A stretch of DNA of 64,000 bases from Hyphomicrobiales bacterium (GCA_965204985.1 CBDBFP010000002.1:1296107-1360106), one strand, 5' to 3'. Numbered from the stretch's first letter, positions 28,998 through 40,235 are shown. Program-made: numbers and translations. The notes: generated by a model from the sequence alone, not told the origin.

Positions 28998-29543
28998 CTA
29001 GATTTCTTCAGCCCGGGCTTCTTCTATCCGGTTCCCATCGTGATCAATGAACACGCCATCATCATCGATCATGGCCATATTGCAGAAGATTTCGATCCGA
29101 TGATTGTCAGGATCAAGCACGTAGAAGGATTCATTCTCGCCCCATGATCCATCGCCGCGCGGGTCCCATGGGCTGTGCACAACAGGTCCACGGATGACTT
29201 CTAAACCAATCTCTTTGGCGTGCTCGAGAACTCCCTGAAAGAACTCACGATCAGGGCACTCATAAGCGTAGTGATGAAAGGCTGGAATGCCATCTACATC
29301 ATCCTTGGGATTGGCCGGGCGCTTCTGATAATTCTTGTTGGGGTTATGAACAAGAACCAGGTCATGGTGCCGCTTGCCGAGGCGCATAAAAGCAAGATCG
29401 ACGGGGATGCCCGCAACTTCGCCGGCAGTGTGCCGCTCGGTGAGCTTCATGCCCAGAAAGCTACGATAGAATTCGATTGACCGGTCCGTATCAGAAACTT
29501 CCAGCGCAATGTGCTGTTGTGTGGCTGGTGTTACGACGCTCAT
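28998..29543 (-). CDS. VOC-family (glyoxalase/extradiol dioxygenase fold) protein
   Basis: 181 aa. HIALEVSDTDRSIEFYRSFLGMKL and a second beta-alpha-beta-beta-beta module. 3 bp downstream of the monooxygenase. Confidence 0.7.
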   Translation of the reverse strand: MSVVTPATQQHIALEVSDTDRSIEFYRSFLGMKLTERHTAGEVAGIPVDLAFMRLGKRHHDLVLVHNPNKNYQKRPANPKDDVDGIPAFHHYAYECPDREFFQGVLEHAKEIGLEVIRGPVVHSPWDPRGDGSWGENESFYVLDPDNHRIEIFCNMAMIDDDGVFIDHDGNRIEEARAEEI

Positions 29544-29555
29544 TCGATTTCTCCA

Positions 29556-30032
29556 TCAGTTTGCAAGGTTCTTCAGGCAATCAAGGGCACCTTGCAGGAT
29601 ATAGGCAGCAGCCATCTTGTCGACCACTTCAGCACGTTTTGCCCGTGACGAGTCCGCTTCTAGCAAAGTCCGGGTGACAGCGGAAGTTGAGAGGCGCTCA
29701 TCCCAGAATACAATTGGCAGATCGATCTTTTGCGACAGGTTCCGTGCGAACGCCCGAGTAGATTGGGCACGAGGGCCTTCGCTGCCATCCATATTGATCG
29801 GCAATCCGAGCACAAACGCTCCAGCGTTTTCCCGCTCAGCAAGTGCAATCAGATGTTCAGCATCCCGGGTAAACTTGATGCGTTTCCAGGTCTCAACGGG
29901 CGTTGCAATACTTCGCAGCAAATCGGAAACCGCAATGCCGATGGTTTTGGTGCCGAGATCCAATCCGAGCAACCGCTGGGCTGAGCCTAGTTTTGCCGGC
30001 AAATCTTCCAGTCTTGTTTCTTGGAATTTCAT
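29556..30032 (-). CDS. ruvX: Holliday junction resolvase-like RuvX (YqgF)
   Basis: 158 aa. [17 protein letters not shown] and [14 protein letters not shown]...WDERLST. Confidence 0.9.
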   Translation of the reverse strand: MKFQETRLEDLPAKLGSAQRLLGLDLGTKTIGIAVSDLLRSIATPVETWKRIKFTRDAEHLIALAERENAGAFVLGLPINMDGSEGPRAQSTRAFARNLSQKIDLPIVFWDERLSTSAVTRTLLEADSSRAKRAEVVDKMAAAYILQGALDCLKNLAN

Positions 30033-30130
30033 ACTTGCTGTTTAGGCCAAGCTATCGTTCAAGCAAACCGTTGATTATCGTTGCAAACCCCGTAACTATA
30101 TGAGCAAATGGCTTGAAGGGACAAAGACCG

Positions 30131-30829
30131 ATGAAAATCACCTGGCTGGGGCATGCTGCCTATCGCGTCGAAATTGAAGGCGCCGTCATTCTTATTGATC
30201 CATTCATTACCGGCAGCTCCGTTTATCAAGGGACGCTGGAAGAGACATCCGCCAGTTGCACGCATGTGGCGTTGACACACGGGCACGATGACCATGTTGG
30301 AGATGCGGCTGAGATCTGCAAGGCGACCGGGGCGCAACTGATTGCGAACTTTGAACTCTGCACGTGGCTGCAGGGGCAGGGCGCGGAAAACATAAACCCA
30401 GGCAACCATGGCGGTACGGTGGACTGCGGTGCGTTCCGCACCACATTCACCTCGGCCAATCATTCCTCTTCAACGCTTGATGGGCACACGCCAATCTACC
30501 TTGGAAACCCCAACGGTCTTGTCTTTGAAGGCGACAACATCCCGACCCTCTATCACATGGGTGATACGAACATGTTTGCCGACATGGCTCTGATTGAGGA
30601 ATTCCATCAACCTGAAATCGGGATCGTGCCGATCGGCGACCGGTTTACCATGGGTGCGCGGCAGGCTGCGCTTTCCTGTCAGCGCTACTTCAATTTCAAA
30701 ACCATTTTGCCCTGCCACTTCGGAACTTTCCCGATTATTGATCCCGATGCGTCCAAGTTCCTGGCTGAAATGGGCGATGATGCCGGTGCAGTAAGGGTTC
30801 TTGAAGTCGGTGGCAGTATCGAGCTCTAG
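30131..30829 (+). CDS. UPF0173-type metal-dependent hydrolase (MBL fold)
   Basis: MKITWLGHAAYRVE... and THGHDDHVGD. Confidence 0.8.
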   Translation: MKITWLGHAAYRVEIEGAVILIDPFITGSSVYQGTLEETSASCTHVALTHGHDDHVGDAAEICKATGAQLIANFELCTWLQGQGAENINPGNHGGTVDCGAFRTTFTSANHSSSTLDGHTPIYLGNPNGLVFEGDNIPTLYHMGDTNMFADMALIEEFHQPEIGIVPIGDRFTMGARQAALSCQRYFNFKTILPCHFGTFPIIDPDASKFLAEMGDDAGAVRVLEVGGSIEL

Positions 30830-30943
30830 GTCTTTCGTTCGTTTTGCAATGTTGCGGCGCAACAACGCCGGTGGTATCAGATGCGCTGAAATCTGAACCC
30901 GGGCGCGCCATTGTGCCCTTCCCACCATTGGAGTTTAAGCAGC

Positions 30944-31231
30944 ATGCCTGTAGATGAGGCGACCGTTCGGCGTATTGCCAAGCTGGCGCGCATTGCGGTT
31001 ACGGACGAAGAGGCAAAATCGCTTCAAGGGGAGTTATCCTCCATCCTGCAATGGGTTGAGCAGCTGGAAGAAGTTGATGTCTCCAATGTGGAGCCGATGA
31101 CTTCCGTTGTTCATATGGGAATGAAGAAACGCGAAGATGTGGTCAGCGACGGGGAATATCCAGACGACATCGTGGCCAACGCCCCGTCCAAAGAAGATCA
31201 TTTTTTCGTTGTGCCCAAGGTGGTTGAATAG
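30944..31231 (+). CDS. gatC: Asp/Glu-tRNA amidotransferase subunit C
   Basis: 95 aa. [17 protein letters not shown]...L..IL.WVEQL. Followed by gatA. Confidence 0.9.
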   Translation: MPVDEATVRRIAKLARIAVTDEEAKSLQGELSSILQWVEQLEEVDVSNVEPMTSVVHMGMKKREDVVSDGEYPDDIVANAPSKEDHFFVVPKVVE

Positions 31232-31236
31232 GTGCC

Positions 31237-32712
31237 ATGAGTGATTTGACAGCTCTCTGTCTCTCGGAGGCGCGCGACGGTTTGCGAAAGAAAGAATTCA
31301 CATCTAGGGAACTCACGGACGCTTATCTCTCTGCGATCGGTACCTCCAATAAGGCGCTAAATGCCTACATCGTGGTGACTGACGAGCAGGCGGGCGAGAT
31401 GGCTGATACCGCTGATTCCCGGTTGCAGAAGGGGGAAGGCGGCGCTTTGGTGGGTATTCCTCTCGGGATCAAGGATCTGTTCGCAACGAAGGGCGTTCAT
31501 ACGCAAGCTTGTAGTCATATCCTCGATGGTTTCGAACCCAGGTATGAATCGACCGTCACGAGCAACCTCTGGAATGACGGCGCAGTCATGCTTGGCAAAC
31601 TCAACATGGATGAGTTTGCAATGGGGTCGTCCAATGAGACGTCATACTATGGCAATGTCGTGAACCCCTGGCAGCGCTCGGGCGGCAACAATTCTGCCCT
31701 TGTTCCTGGCGGCTCGTCTGGCGGATCTGCAACGGCGACGTCGGCGCATCTGTGCGTTGCCGCAACCGGAACAGATACTGGCGGTTCCATCCGCCAGCCA
31801 GCTGCTTTCACCGGTCTTGCCGGTATCAAACCAACCTATGGTCGTTGCTCGCGCTGGGGCATCATTGCCTTTGCCTCTTCACTTGATCAGGCTGGACCAT
31901 TCGGACGTAATGTTCGGGATACGGCGATAATGCTGGGCACTATGGCAAGTCATGATCCTAAAGACACCACAAGTGTGGATGCGCCTGTGCCCGATTATGA
32001 AGCTGCCATGACGGGTGATGTGCGTGGGCTCAAGGTAGGTATTCCAAAAGAGTACCGCATGGATGGAATGCCGGAGGAGATCGAAACGCTTTGGCAACAA
32101 GGTGTTGAGTGGTTGAAGCAGGCAGGTGCCGAGATCAAGGACGTGTCCCTGCCGCACACCAAATATGCCTTGCCGTCCTATTACATCGTTGCTCCTGCCG
32201 AGGCCTCCTCCAACCTGGCAAGATACGATGGGGTTCGTTACGGACTGCGGGTTCCAGGCGACGACATTATTTCCATGTACGAAAACACGCGTTCTGCCGG
32301 CTTCGGCCCTGAGGTCAAACGGCGTGTGATGATCGGGACCTACGTATTGTCAGCCGGCTATTACGATGCGTACTATCTGAGGGCGCAAAAAATTCGCACA
32401 TTGATCATGCAGGATTTTGATCAGGCCTTTGAAGATGTGGATGTCCTGCTGACACCAACCACACCAAACGCTGCCTTTGCGCCGGGTGAAATTTCAGACC
32501 CCGTTACCATGTACTTGAACGACATCTTCACAGTGACGGTCAATATGGCCGGGTTGCCGGCGATATCGATTCCGGCGGGCCTCGATTCACAAGGACTGCC
32601 ATTGGGGCTGCAATTGATCGGCAAGGCTTTTGATGAAGAGACATTGTTCCGGACAGCCGGGGTTATGGAAGATGCTGCAGAGTTCAAGGCTCGTCCTGAA
32701 AAGTGGTGGTGA
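31237..32712 (+). CDS. gatA: Asp/Glu-tRNA amidotransferase subunit A
   Basis: Amidase signature GGSSGGSA...[12 protein letters not shown]. 491 aa. Confidence 0.95.
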   Translation: MSDLTALCLSEARDGLRKKEFTSRELTDAYLSAIGTSNKALNAYIVVTDEQAGEMADTADSRLQKGEGGALVGIPLGIKDLFATKGVHTQACSHILDGFEPRYESTVTSNLWNDGAVMLGKLNMDEFAMGSSNETSYYGNVVNPWQRSGGNNSALVPGGSSGGSATATSAHLCVAATGTDTGGSIRQPAAFTGLAGIKPTYGRCSRWGIIAFASSLDQAGPFGRNVRDTAIMLGTMASHDPKDTTSVDAPVPDYEAAMTGDVRGLKVGIPKEYRMDGMPEEIETLWQQGVEWLKQAGAEIKDVSLPHTKYALPSYYIVAPAEASSNLARYDGVRYGLRVPGDDIISMYENTRSAGFGPEVKRRVMIGTYVLSAGYYDAYYLRAQKIRTLIMQDFDQAFEDVDVLLTPTTPNAAFAPGEISDPVTMYLNDIFTVTVNMAGLPAISIPAGLDSQGLPLGLQLIGKAFDEETLFRTAGVMEDAAEFKARPEKWW

Positions 32713-32721
32713 GTTCGTACC

Positions 32722-34200
32722 ATGCTCGTAGATACCAGAACACCTAACCCTGCCAACTTTATCTCCGGTGCGACCGGCGATTGGGAGTTGGTCATAGGCC
32801 TTGAAGTTCACGCCCAGATCAGCTCGAAAGCCAAACTGTTCTCTGGGGCCTCGACGAAATTCGGCGGCGAGCCCAACGATCATGTTTCGCTCGTTGATGC
32901 GGCCATGCCAGGCATGCTGCCCGTCATAAACAAGTTTTGTGTTCAACAGGCTGTCCGAACGGGGCTTGGTCTGAAAGCGAAGATCAACAAACATTCCGTT
33001 TTTGACCGGAAGAACTATTTCTACCCGGACCTGCCGCAAGGCTATCAGATTTCCCAATTCAAGGATCCGATCGTCGGTGAGGGCGTGGTTACGCTCGACA
33101 TGGCTGATGGGGAATGCGTCGAGGTAGGGATTGAACGCCTGCACATGGAACAGGATGCCGGTAAGTCCATACACGACCTGGTCCCGGGCAGCAGTGTTGT
33201 TGATCTAAACCGCTCTGGAGTTGCGCTGATGGAAATCGTCTCCAAACCGGATATTCGCTCTTCCGAGGAGGCTAAGGCCTACGTTTCGAAACTGCGCACC
33301 ATCCTGCGTTACCTCGGCACATGCGATGGGAATATGGAGCAGGGCAGTCTGCGCGCGGACGTGAACGTCTCTGTTCGCTCACCGGGCGGAGATTTCGGCA
33401 CGCGCTGTGAGATCAAGAACGTCAACTCGATCCGTTTCATAGGTCAAGCCATTGAGTATGAAGCGCGCCGGCAAATCGATATTCTGGAAGATGGTGGTGA
33501 AATTGATCAGGAGACCAGGCTGTTCGACCCGAACTCCGGTGTGACCTGGTCTATGAGATCGAAAGAAGAAGCGCACGATTACCGCTATTTCCCGGACCCT
33601 GATCTTTTGCCATTGGAATTCGATCAGGCGTTCGTTGATGAAATCTCTGCGAACCTGCCCGAACTGCCGGACGAGAAGAAAGCGCGATTGATGTCTGACT
33701 ATGGACTGTCCGCCTACAATGCGGAAGTTCTGACTGACGATCCGGCCACAGCCGATTTCTTCGAAACTGTCGCCAAATGTCGCGAGGCTAAAGTGGTGGT
33801 TAACTGGATCATGGGCGATCTGGCTGCGCACGCAAATTCTATCGGTACTCCTATTGGAGATGCCGGTGTCACCGCAGAGCAGCTTGGCGAACTCATCGAT
33901 CTCATTTCCGACAAGACCATCTCCGGCAAGATTGCCAAGGAAGTTCTGGACATGGTGATTGCCGAGGGCGGTATGCCAGGTGAGATCGTTGAGACAAAAG
34001 GCTTGAAACAGGTCACCGATACCGGCGCGATCGAAGCAGTGGTGGATGAAGTGATCGCCGAGAACCCAGACAAGGTTGCTGAAGTCAAAGAAAAGCCAAA
34101 AATGGCAGGCTGGTTTGTTGGTCAGGTGATGAAGAAATCTGGTGGCAAGGCGAATCCGCAAGCCGTGAACGAGATATTAGCGAAGAAACTTGGGCTTTAG
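32722..34200 (+). CDS. gatB: Asp/Glu-tRNA amidotransferase subunit B
   Basis: [30 protein letters not shown] and a C-terminal YqeY-like tail. 492 aa. Confidence 0.95.
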   Translation: MLVDTRTPNPANFISGATGDWELVIGLEVHAQISSKAKLFSGASTKFGGEPNDHVSLVDAAMPGMLPVINKFCVQQAVRTGLGLKAKINKHSVFDRKNYFYPDLPQGYQISQFKDPIVGEGVVTLDMADGECVEVGIERLHMEQDAGKSIHDLVPGSSVVDLNRSGVALMEIVSKPDIRSSEEAKAYVSKLRTILRYLGTCDGNMEQGSLRADVNVSVRSPGGDFGTRCEIKNVNSIRFIGQAIEYEARRQIDILEDGGEIDQETRLFDPNSGVTWSMRSKEEAHDYRYFPDPDLLPLEFDQAFVDEISANLPELPDEKKARLMSDYGLSAYNAEVLTDDPATADFFETVAKCREAKVVVNWIMGDLAAHANSIGTPIGDAGVTAEQLGELIDLISDKTISGKIAKEVLDMVIAEGGMPGEIVETKGLKQVTDTGAIEAVVDEVIAENPDKVAEVKEKPKMAGWFVGQVMKKSGGKANPQAVNEILAKKLGL

Positions 34201-34233
34201 GGCGGGGCACAAGCCAACAAAAGGAAGCGGAAC

Positions 34234-35241
34234 TTGGACGGTTTGGCCGAGTTTGATGTTGATGTGCGTGGTCCGCGGACTTTGGTCCGTTTTGCGCAAT
34301 TCGTCTGCATCATGGGAGCAGGTGGATTCTTTCTCGCTGTCGTCGCGAGCTACTACGGACATCTTTGGACGCCCTTCGATGCATTCGCCAACCTACGTGT
34401 CCATCTGATGGGCGCATGGTTGGGTTTCAGTCTGGCGATGATATCCTTGTTCATGCTCAAGAAAGTCAGGCTCGCGGTTGTAATCCTGTTCCTGGCGGCA
34501 ATCACCACAATTTTGTACGCCGGTTTCTCACCAAGGATAGCTCAAGGCCTGCCGGTTGATCTGAAGCCTGGTCAGTACGAGAAACCCTTCAAGCTGGTTT
34601 CATACAATGTATGGGCACGCCACAAGACACCTGAAAAAATCATCGACTACCTCAATGAAGAAGATGCCGATATGGTGGTACTTATCGAATTCACCAAAGC
34701 CTATGGGAAACTTCTGAAACTTTTGAAAAAGAAGTACCCCCATCAGCATGATTGCAACGCCAAACCCTACTGCCACATCGTCATTCTCTCCAAGACCCCG
34801 TTTGCAGCGACTGGTAGCCGGTCAAATGCGGAATGGGATGGACCCAGTATGGTGTGGACCCGTTCAGGTGATGAACTGGGCGGTTTGACGTTGTTCGGCG
34901 TTCACTTTGCACGGCCATTTACGCCAAACCGGCAGTTTACACAGATGCGCTCCATGGCTTCTGAAACATTTATCGCTAAGGGGCCCTTTGTCGTTGCTGG
35001 TGATTTTAACGCCACAAAACATTCGTTTCTGGTGAATGCGTTCCAGGAATTTTCTGGCGTTCTGCGGATTACGTCACTACCGACGTGGCCGACCTGGTTT
35101 GTTGAACTGCCCCAGATTGGCATCGATCATATATTCATATCGAACGGCATCAGACCGCTAGCGCACCCTGAGGTCGGAAGGAACGCAGGCTCAGACCACC
35201 TGCCGGTCAAGGCAACGCTGGCCGTCAAACACGTGCCTTGA
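34234..35241 (+). CDS. endonuclease/exonuclease/phosphatase (EEP) family protein with N-terminal TM segments
   Basis: VVAGDFNATKHS and GSDHLPVKATL. Three predicted N-terminal helices. The TTG start is uncertain. Confidence 0.7.
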   Translation: MDGLAEFDVDVRGPRTLVRFAQFVCIMGAGGFFLAVVASYYGHLWTPFDAFANLRVHLMGAWLGFSLAMISLFMLKKVRLAVVILFLAAITTILYAGFSPRIAQGLPVDLKPGQYEKPFKLVSYNVWARHKTPEKIIDYLNEEDADMVVLIEFTKAYGKLLKLLKKKYPHQHDCNAKPYCHIVILSKTPFAATGSRSNAEWDGPSMVWTRSGDELGGLTLFGVHFARPFTPNRQFTQMRSMASETFIAKGPFVVAGDFNATKHSFLVNAFQEFSGVLRITSLPTWPTWFVELPQIGIDHIFISNGIRPLAHPEVGRNAGSDHLPVKATLAVKHVP

Positions 35242-35563
35242 GTTGCGCCGATTTAACAAGATCTAGATTGGCTTTGTGAACTGTGGTTATCGAAAGCTGA
35301 ATCTTTTCAATGTGATTGTCAGTCAAATTTTGCACAAATGCCGCCTATTCAGCCATTCCCTAGAGTCAACAATTCCTTATTCCCATCGGCGGCTCTGAAT
35401 TGTTTCAGTTTCCGTTAAGCTTGTCGTTTAACGCGATGTTCTGACAGCCCCTGCATGATCCATCACATGACGACGCGGTGCAAACAAAACCCGCAAGCGT
35501 CAGGTGGGAATTGAATGAAAGTCCCAGACAATAGGGACGACAGGCAAAAGGCAGGAACAGAAA

Positions 35564-35836
35564 ATGGCTCGTATGCAATTAAACCCGAATGAAGTTTCTT
35601 CAGCAGACGGGAGCTCGGTATCGTCAGGCGCATTGCTACAGTTGGGCATTATGTATTCACTGGGGCAGGATGTAGAAAAAGATCTCATCGCTGCGCACAA
35701 ATGGTTCAATCTTGCGGCTCTGCGCGGCAACGAATGTGCAAAGCAGTATCGCCGCGATATCTCAAGCGAAATGAGCCCGGATGAAATCGCCCACGCTCAG
35801 CGCGAAGCTCGCAAATGGCTTTACACTTTGCACTAG
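35564..35836 (+). CDS. SEL1-repeat protein (90 aa)
   Basis: LLQLGIMYSLGQDVEKDLIAAHKWFNLAALRGNECA fits a Sel1 repeat. Confidence 0.65.
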   Translation: MARMQLNPNEVSSADGSSVSSGALLQLGIMYSLGQDVEKDLIAAHKWFNLAALRGNECAKQYRRDISSEMSPDEIAHAQREARKWLYTLH

Positions 35837-35890
35837 TTTATAAAAAACCTGAAAATCAGGCAATCCTGGAATATCAGGAGGCGTCAAAGC

Positions 35891-35928
35891 AAACCCTGGA
35901 TGGCTTGGCTATCCAGGGTTTTGTTTTT
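35891..35928. terminator. bidirectional rho-independent terminator
   Basis: AAACCCTGGAT-ggcttggct-ATCCAGGGTTTTGTTTTT, between convergent genes. Confidence 0.7.
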
Positions 35929-35940
35929 GAGAAGCCAGAA

Positions 35941-36231
35941 TTACTGCCAGGCGTTCCAGCGCCGGTCGCCTCCGCCAAAGACGTGGTCCTCGAACGAATT
36001 GAACTGCTCGATGAAGCGCCGCTGCTCCAGCTGCTTGCGATAGTTCTCCGATTCGATTTCGTCGGTTCGTGCGTTGATGCGATCTTTTCTGCTGTTCAAC
36101 AGCGGAAGCCGTTCGTTGTTCGGCGAATATGTATTTCCTTTCGGAATAAAATACTCAGCTGCCACGGCGCCAGTGGTCAAAACGGCAACCGAGATAAAAA
36201 CTGCACTGCTTAATGCCAGAACTTTACGCAT
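35941..36231 (-). CDS. small secreted hypothetical protein
   Basis: MRKVLALSSAVFISVAVLTTGAVAAE signal peptide. AGAGGAG lies upstream of the ATG at 36231. Confidence 0.55.
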   Translation of the reverse strand: MRKVLALSSAVFISVAVLTTGAVAAEYFIPKGNTYSPNNERLPLLNSRKDRINARTDEIESENYRKQLEQRRFIEQFNSFEDHVFGGGDRRWNAWQ

Positions 36232-36391
36232 AACCACTTTGCTCCTCTTTAGGGCCACGAAAACGATTCTCTCAGCCGGACCCCATTTGGTCTCTATAAC
36301 ACCAACTCGAAACACGGTGCTATCAAATTGTCTTTGATCGAATGATCGATCTTCGCGGTGGATGAGCACGATGTGGCCAAATCATTTTGCT

Positions 36392-36622
36392 TCACTCTTC
36401 CCGGCCATAAGCCACAAGGATGTTTCGTATTTCTAAAGCCTGTTTGTCCGCACCGCATTGCAGGGCGAACACGTAAGCCTGAGTGTAACGAAAACAGGCT
36501 TCCTCGGTTCTTCCGCCATCTTCAGACAGCTCCGCGGCCCGGCGGTAGAGCTGCGCGAGTTTCTGCCAGTCGTCTTGCTGGTGTGCTTCGAGCAATTGTT
36601 CGTCGAGGTTTTCCGGTGACAA
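36392..36622 (-). CDS. small helical hypothetical protein (about 76 aa, TTG start assumed)
   Basis: LDEQLLEAHQQDDWQKLAQLYRRAAELSEDGGRTEEACFRYTQAYVFALQCG... The upstream part of the 144-aa track ORF is a remnant of a different gene. Confidence 0.35.
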   Translation of the reverse strand: MSPENLDEQLLEAHQQDDWQKLAQLYRRAAELSEDGGRTEEACFRYTQAYVFALQCGADKQALEIRNILVAYGREE

Positions 36623-36639
36623 TTCTGGCGTGTCCGAAT

Positions 36640-37111
36640 TCAGCGTAGTCGTTTGAGTAAGGCAGGCGTCGGGTAACTGTCCGCCGGCATCCCAGCTTGA
36701 GCTGCATTTGTTTGATTTGACTGCGCCTCGGGTGCCGGCGCCCAGGACCCCATCAATTTTGTCAACATCAAGACATCGCCTCTGAAGACGGCGTTGCAGC
36801 TCTTTCATTTGCCGCCCTCTATTCATCCGGTTCTTGGAGATCAGACGCCTTGCAAGTTTCAGGAAGGTGAGGGTGAAGATGCTTTATCTTCGATCTTGAG
36901 CGAGCCCCTTCGGATCTGGTCTGATACCGTTGAGGGCTCGCGATATGATTCTGTTCGGAACACCGTGAGTTTTGGCTTCTTTCCGAATGCCATCTAACCA
37001 ACGGCTAAAGTTGCCACCGTACGGAACTTCCTGCGCGCTCACTGGATTGGTGTTGCCGCCGGGCAGAACAGCAGTTCCCAGTGCAATTGAAAATGTCAGG
37101 CGTCGAATCAT
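36640..37111 (-). pseudogene. lytic murein transglycosylase remnant (signal/N-terminus plus PG-binding C-terminus, catalytic core missing)
   Basis: N-terminal piece MIRRLTFSIALGTAVL...NFSRWLDGIRKEAKTHGVPNRIISRALNGIRPDPKGLAQDRR*. C-terminal pieces KELQRRLQ...VDKIDGVLGAGTRGAV and QMQLKLG lie in other frames. Confidence 0.5.
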
Positions 37112-37173
37112 AGTGATCTCCAAGCTTTGAGCGTTGAACTTGCGTAAGCAGACGTCTGGTGGCAAGCGAAATT

Positions 37174-37857
37174 CTAGGATTGGGCGGCGGCTCCGGTCGC
37201 GTCAGAACTTCTATCCTGTAAGGCTTGGTCAATAGCGCCGGCAATAACTTCAGGCTGTTGCGCCCCCATCACTGCATATTTATCGTCAATGATGAAGCAG
37301 GGCACGCCGGTAACGCCCATCTGCGAAGCAGTTGCGATCTCGTTCTTGACTTCATCCTTGTCGGCGTCTCCTGGTAACAGAGTTTCGACAACTTCCCGCT
37401 CCATGCCTGCCGCTTCGGCGTTTTCGATTAGCGTTTTATGGTCAGTGAGATCGCCGCCTTCCATGAAATAAAGCTGAAAAAGGCGTTCGGCCATTTCGTT
37501 TTGTACATCCATCGCATCGGCCCAACGCAGGAGACGGTGTGCATTTATGGTGTTTGGTGACTTCTTGATGTCCTCAAAGCGAAAGGGGATATCTTCCTCA
37601 GCACCAGCAGCTCGAACATTGTCATAGATGCTCTTTGCGCCTTCGGGGCAGCCAAACTTCCGATTGAGATATTCTTGCCGATCCATCCCGTTTTCCGGGA
37701 TGGTTGCGTCCAGCTGGAAGGGACGCCAGCGCACATGTACAGGGACATCTTCGCGCATCGCCAATGCCTTTTCCAACCGGCGCTTGCCGATCAGGCACCA
37801 TGGACACATGATGTCAGAAACCACATCAATTGTTATCGGTGAGATGTGTACATCCAT
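37174..37857 (-). CDS. DsbA-family thiol oxidoreductase (FrnE/HCCA-isomerase-like)
   Basis: IDVVSDIMCPWCLIGKRRLE active site. GVTGVPCFIIDDKYAVMGAQ. Confidence 0.8.
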   Translation of the reverse strand: MDVHISPITIDVVSDIMCPWCLIGKRRLEKALAMREDVPVHVRWRPFQLDATIPENGMDRQEYLNRKFGCPEGAKSIYDNVRAAGAEEDIPFRFEDIKKSPNTINAHRLLRWADAMDVQNEMAERLFQLYFMEGGDLTDHKTLIENAEAAGMEREVVETLLPGDADKDEVKNEIATASQMGVTGVPCFIIDDKYAVMGAQQPEVIAGAIDQALQDRSSDATGAAAQS

Positions 37858-37944
37858 AGTGATATCCTGTGCCTGTTCAGATGTGAACTCTACAGTCAAT
37901 TGGCGTTGGCATCGGCCAAATTCAAGCGGTTGAGCAAGAGTCGG

Positions 37945-39732
37945 CTACTTCTGGTACCACCAGGTTTCAATGCGATATCCGAATAGTGAGATCTTTTTAG
38001 GCTGGCGGATTCTTGACCAGACCGCAAGCCATGCACCTGGACGGTGGAACAGGGGCACCACATAATGGCCGGACAACAGGACCCTGTCGAGCGCTCGAAC
38101 CGCATCAACAAACTCTGTTCGTTCTCTCGCCGCCAACAATGCGGTGATCATTCCGTCGACTGCAGGATTATCTGCACCAAAATAGTTCCTGGTCCCGTCG
38201 AGTTTTCGTCCCTTTGAGCCAAAGTAGAAAGTTTGTTCGTTGCCAGGCGAAAGGGATGCATCCCATTGATAAGGAACCGCATCAAAATCATAGGAGGCGA
38301 GGCGCGATTGGAACTGGCTCGAATCCACAAGCCTGACCTTCGCGTCTACCCCTGCTTGTTGAAGCGCGCGGGTATAGGAGAGGAGCAAACGCTCGTCAGC
38401 ACGTGTGACCACTGAAATCTCAAAGCTCAGAGGTTTGCCATTGGATTTCAAAACGTACCGGCCATCCTTGACTATGTAGCCTGCGTCCAGAAGTAGCTTC
38501 TTGGCCGTCCGCCGGTTCTTGCGATTACGGCCTCGGCCATCACTCTTTGGCATCGAATAGGTGCCATCGAGGATATCCGACTCCACGCTGTTCGGAAATT
38601 TTTGCAACATCTCCCTCTCACGTTTCGACGCTTTTCTGCCGTGCGAAGACAGGGCCGAGCGAGTATAGAAACTTTGGGTTCTCTGGTAGAGCCCGTTGTA
38701 GAGATTTGCATTTATCCACTCGAAATCCAGGAGATAATTCAAAGCCTTCCTGACGCGGATATCGGAAAACACAGCGCGCCGTGAGTTCAATGCAAGGCCC
38801 CACATACCAGCCGGCAGGCCGCTTGGAATTTCGTGGAGCCCGATTCTGTTGTCCGTCACGGCCGGGAACCGGTAGTCGCCGGACCAACGAGTTGGATCAC
38901 TCTCTTCGCGCACATCAATTAGTCCTTTTTTAAAGGCTTCAAAAGCGGAACTCCCGTCCCTGAAATAGAAGTACTTGACCTCGTCAAAGTTGAAACGCCC
39001 TTTGTTGACCGGCAGGTCACGACCCCAATAGTCCGGATTACGTCGATAAGTCATGGACTTACCGGGGTCGATCTCTGCCATGACATAGGGCCCGCTGCCA
39101 AGAAACGGTTCCAGGGATGTCTTTGTGAAGTCCCGTTTTGCAAATATGTGCTTCGGTATGATCGGCATAAGGCCGAGAAGCAGTGGGATTTCACGATCCG
39201 CATCAGAGCTGAAATGAAACTTCACCTCGCGCGGCCCCATGCGTTCGATCTTCACGACCTTTGAATAGTAAGTGCCAAAATTCGGACGGCCTTTGTCCCG
39301 TAGTGTCTCCAGCGAAAAAATTACGTCGTCAACCGTTACAGGTTTTCCGTCAGAGAATTTGGCGTTCTCGTTCAAACGGAAAGCCACCCAGCTTCGCCCG
39401 TCGGGGACATCGATCGCTTCTGCCAGCAATCCATAAAGTGTAAACGCCTCGTCATGTCCACGGGCCATCAGGCTTTCGAGCGTCCATTGCCGCACGCCGC
39501 GTGCTCTTTCGCCTTTCACCAGCAACGGATTGGTTGAATCAAAGCGGCCTAACACCGAAATTTTCAGGACTCCGCCCTTAGGTGCCGACGAATTCACATA
39601 CGAATAATTGGTGAAATCCAGCCCGTACAAGGGATCGCCATGCATGGCAATGGCGTGGCGCCACTCTGCGCTTGCGGCACCAACACAGAATAAGACTACA
39701 AACGCAGCGATGAAGAGGCGAAACAGAATCAT
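37945..39732 (-). CDS. ABC transporter substrate-binding protein, family 5 (peptide/YejA-like)
   Basis: 595 aa with a signal peptide. The size and motifs (FSDGKPVTVDDVIFS, YRRNPDYWG) are typical of SBP_bac_5. Confidence 0.8.
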   Translation of the reverse strand: MILFRLFIAAFVVLFCVGAASAEWRHAIAMHGDPLYGLDFTNYSYVNSSAPKGGVLKISVLGRFDSTNPLLVKGERARGVRQWTLESLMARGHDEAFTLYGLLAEAIDVPDGRSWVAFRLNENAKFSDGKPVTVDDVIFSLETLRDKGRPNFGTYYSKVVKIERMGPREVKFHFSSDADREIPLLLGLMPIIPKHIFAKRDFTKTSLEPFLGSGPYVMAEIDPGKSMTYRRNPDYWGRDLPVNKGRFNFDEVKYFYFRDGSSAFEAFKKGLIDVREESDPTRWSGDYRFPAVTDNRIGLHEIPSGLPAGMWGLALNSRRAVFSDIRVRKALNYLLDFEWINANLYNGLYQRTQSFYTRSALSSHGRKASKREREMLQKFPNSVESDILDGTYSMPKSDGRGRNRKNRRTAKKLLLDAGYIVKDGRYVLKSNGKPLSFEISVVTRADERLLLSYTRALQQAGVDAKVRLVDSSQFQSRLASYDFDAVPYQWDASLSPGNEQTFYFGSKGRKLDGTRNYFGADNPAVDGMITALLAARERTEFVDAVRALDRVLLSGHYVVPLFHRPGAWLAVWSRIRQPKKISLFGYRIETWWYQK

Positions 39733-39789
39733 GCCGTCAGCATAAACTCATTCGCTTGCCTACAAAGTGAAAACTTTGTGGAAATCGAA

Positions 39790-40128
39790 CTAGTTGGCGA
39801 CGCTCGACGGTACGACATATGCGCCGGATTCGGCGTCATATTCGGCGAAATACTCCATGACTTCCGAGTGCCGGACAGGTTCACCAGACACATCGACAAG
39901 CAAATTCTGCTCCGAAACATAGGCTATGTATTCGGTTTCTTCGTTCTCGGCGAGAAGATGGTAAAAGGGCTGGTCACGTTCAGGGCGCACCTCTTCGGGA
40001 ATGGAATCCCACCACTCTTCAGAATTTGAAAACGTGGGATCAACATCAAAAATGACGCCACGGAACGGATAGACGCGGTGTTGCACCACCTGACCGATAC
40101 GGAATTTCGCAGCACGGTTCACTTCCAT
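39790..40128 (-). CDS. hspQ: heat-shock protein HspQ (YccV, hemimethylated-DNA-binding domain)
   Basis: AKFRIGQVVQHRVYPFRGVIFDVDPTF...PFYHLLAENEE. Confidence 0.75.
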   Translation of the reverse strand: MEVNRAAKFRIGQVVQHRVYPFRGVIFDVDPTFSNSEEWWDSIPEEVRPERDQPFYHLLAENEETEYIAYVSEQNLLVDVSGEPVRHSEVMEYFAEYDAESGAYVVPSSVAN

Positions 40129-40235
40129 GACTAGCTCCTGATGCATCCTGTTTCCTGTTCCAAATTCGCCACCAGCCTTACCTTGACAAGCATGACGCTC
40201 CAAAGCAAGCACGAACGAACCAGTGTGCTGTTACT

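Noticed and set aside
39762-39780. Hairpin ACAAAGT-GAAA-ACTTTGT after hspQ as a terminator
   Set aside because: The stem is short and AT-rich, with no following U-tract on the relevant strand.
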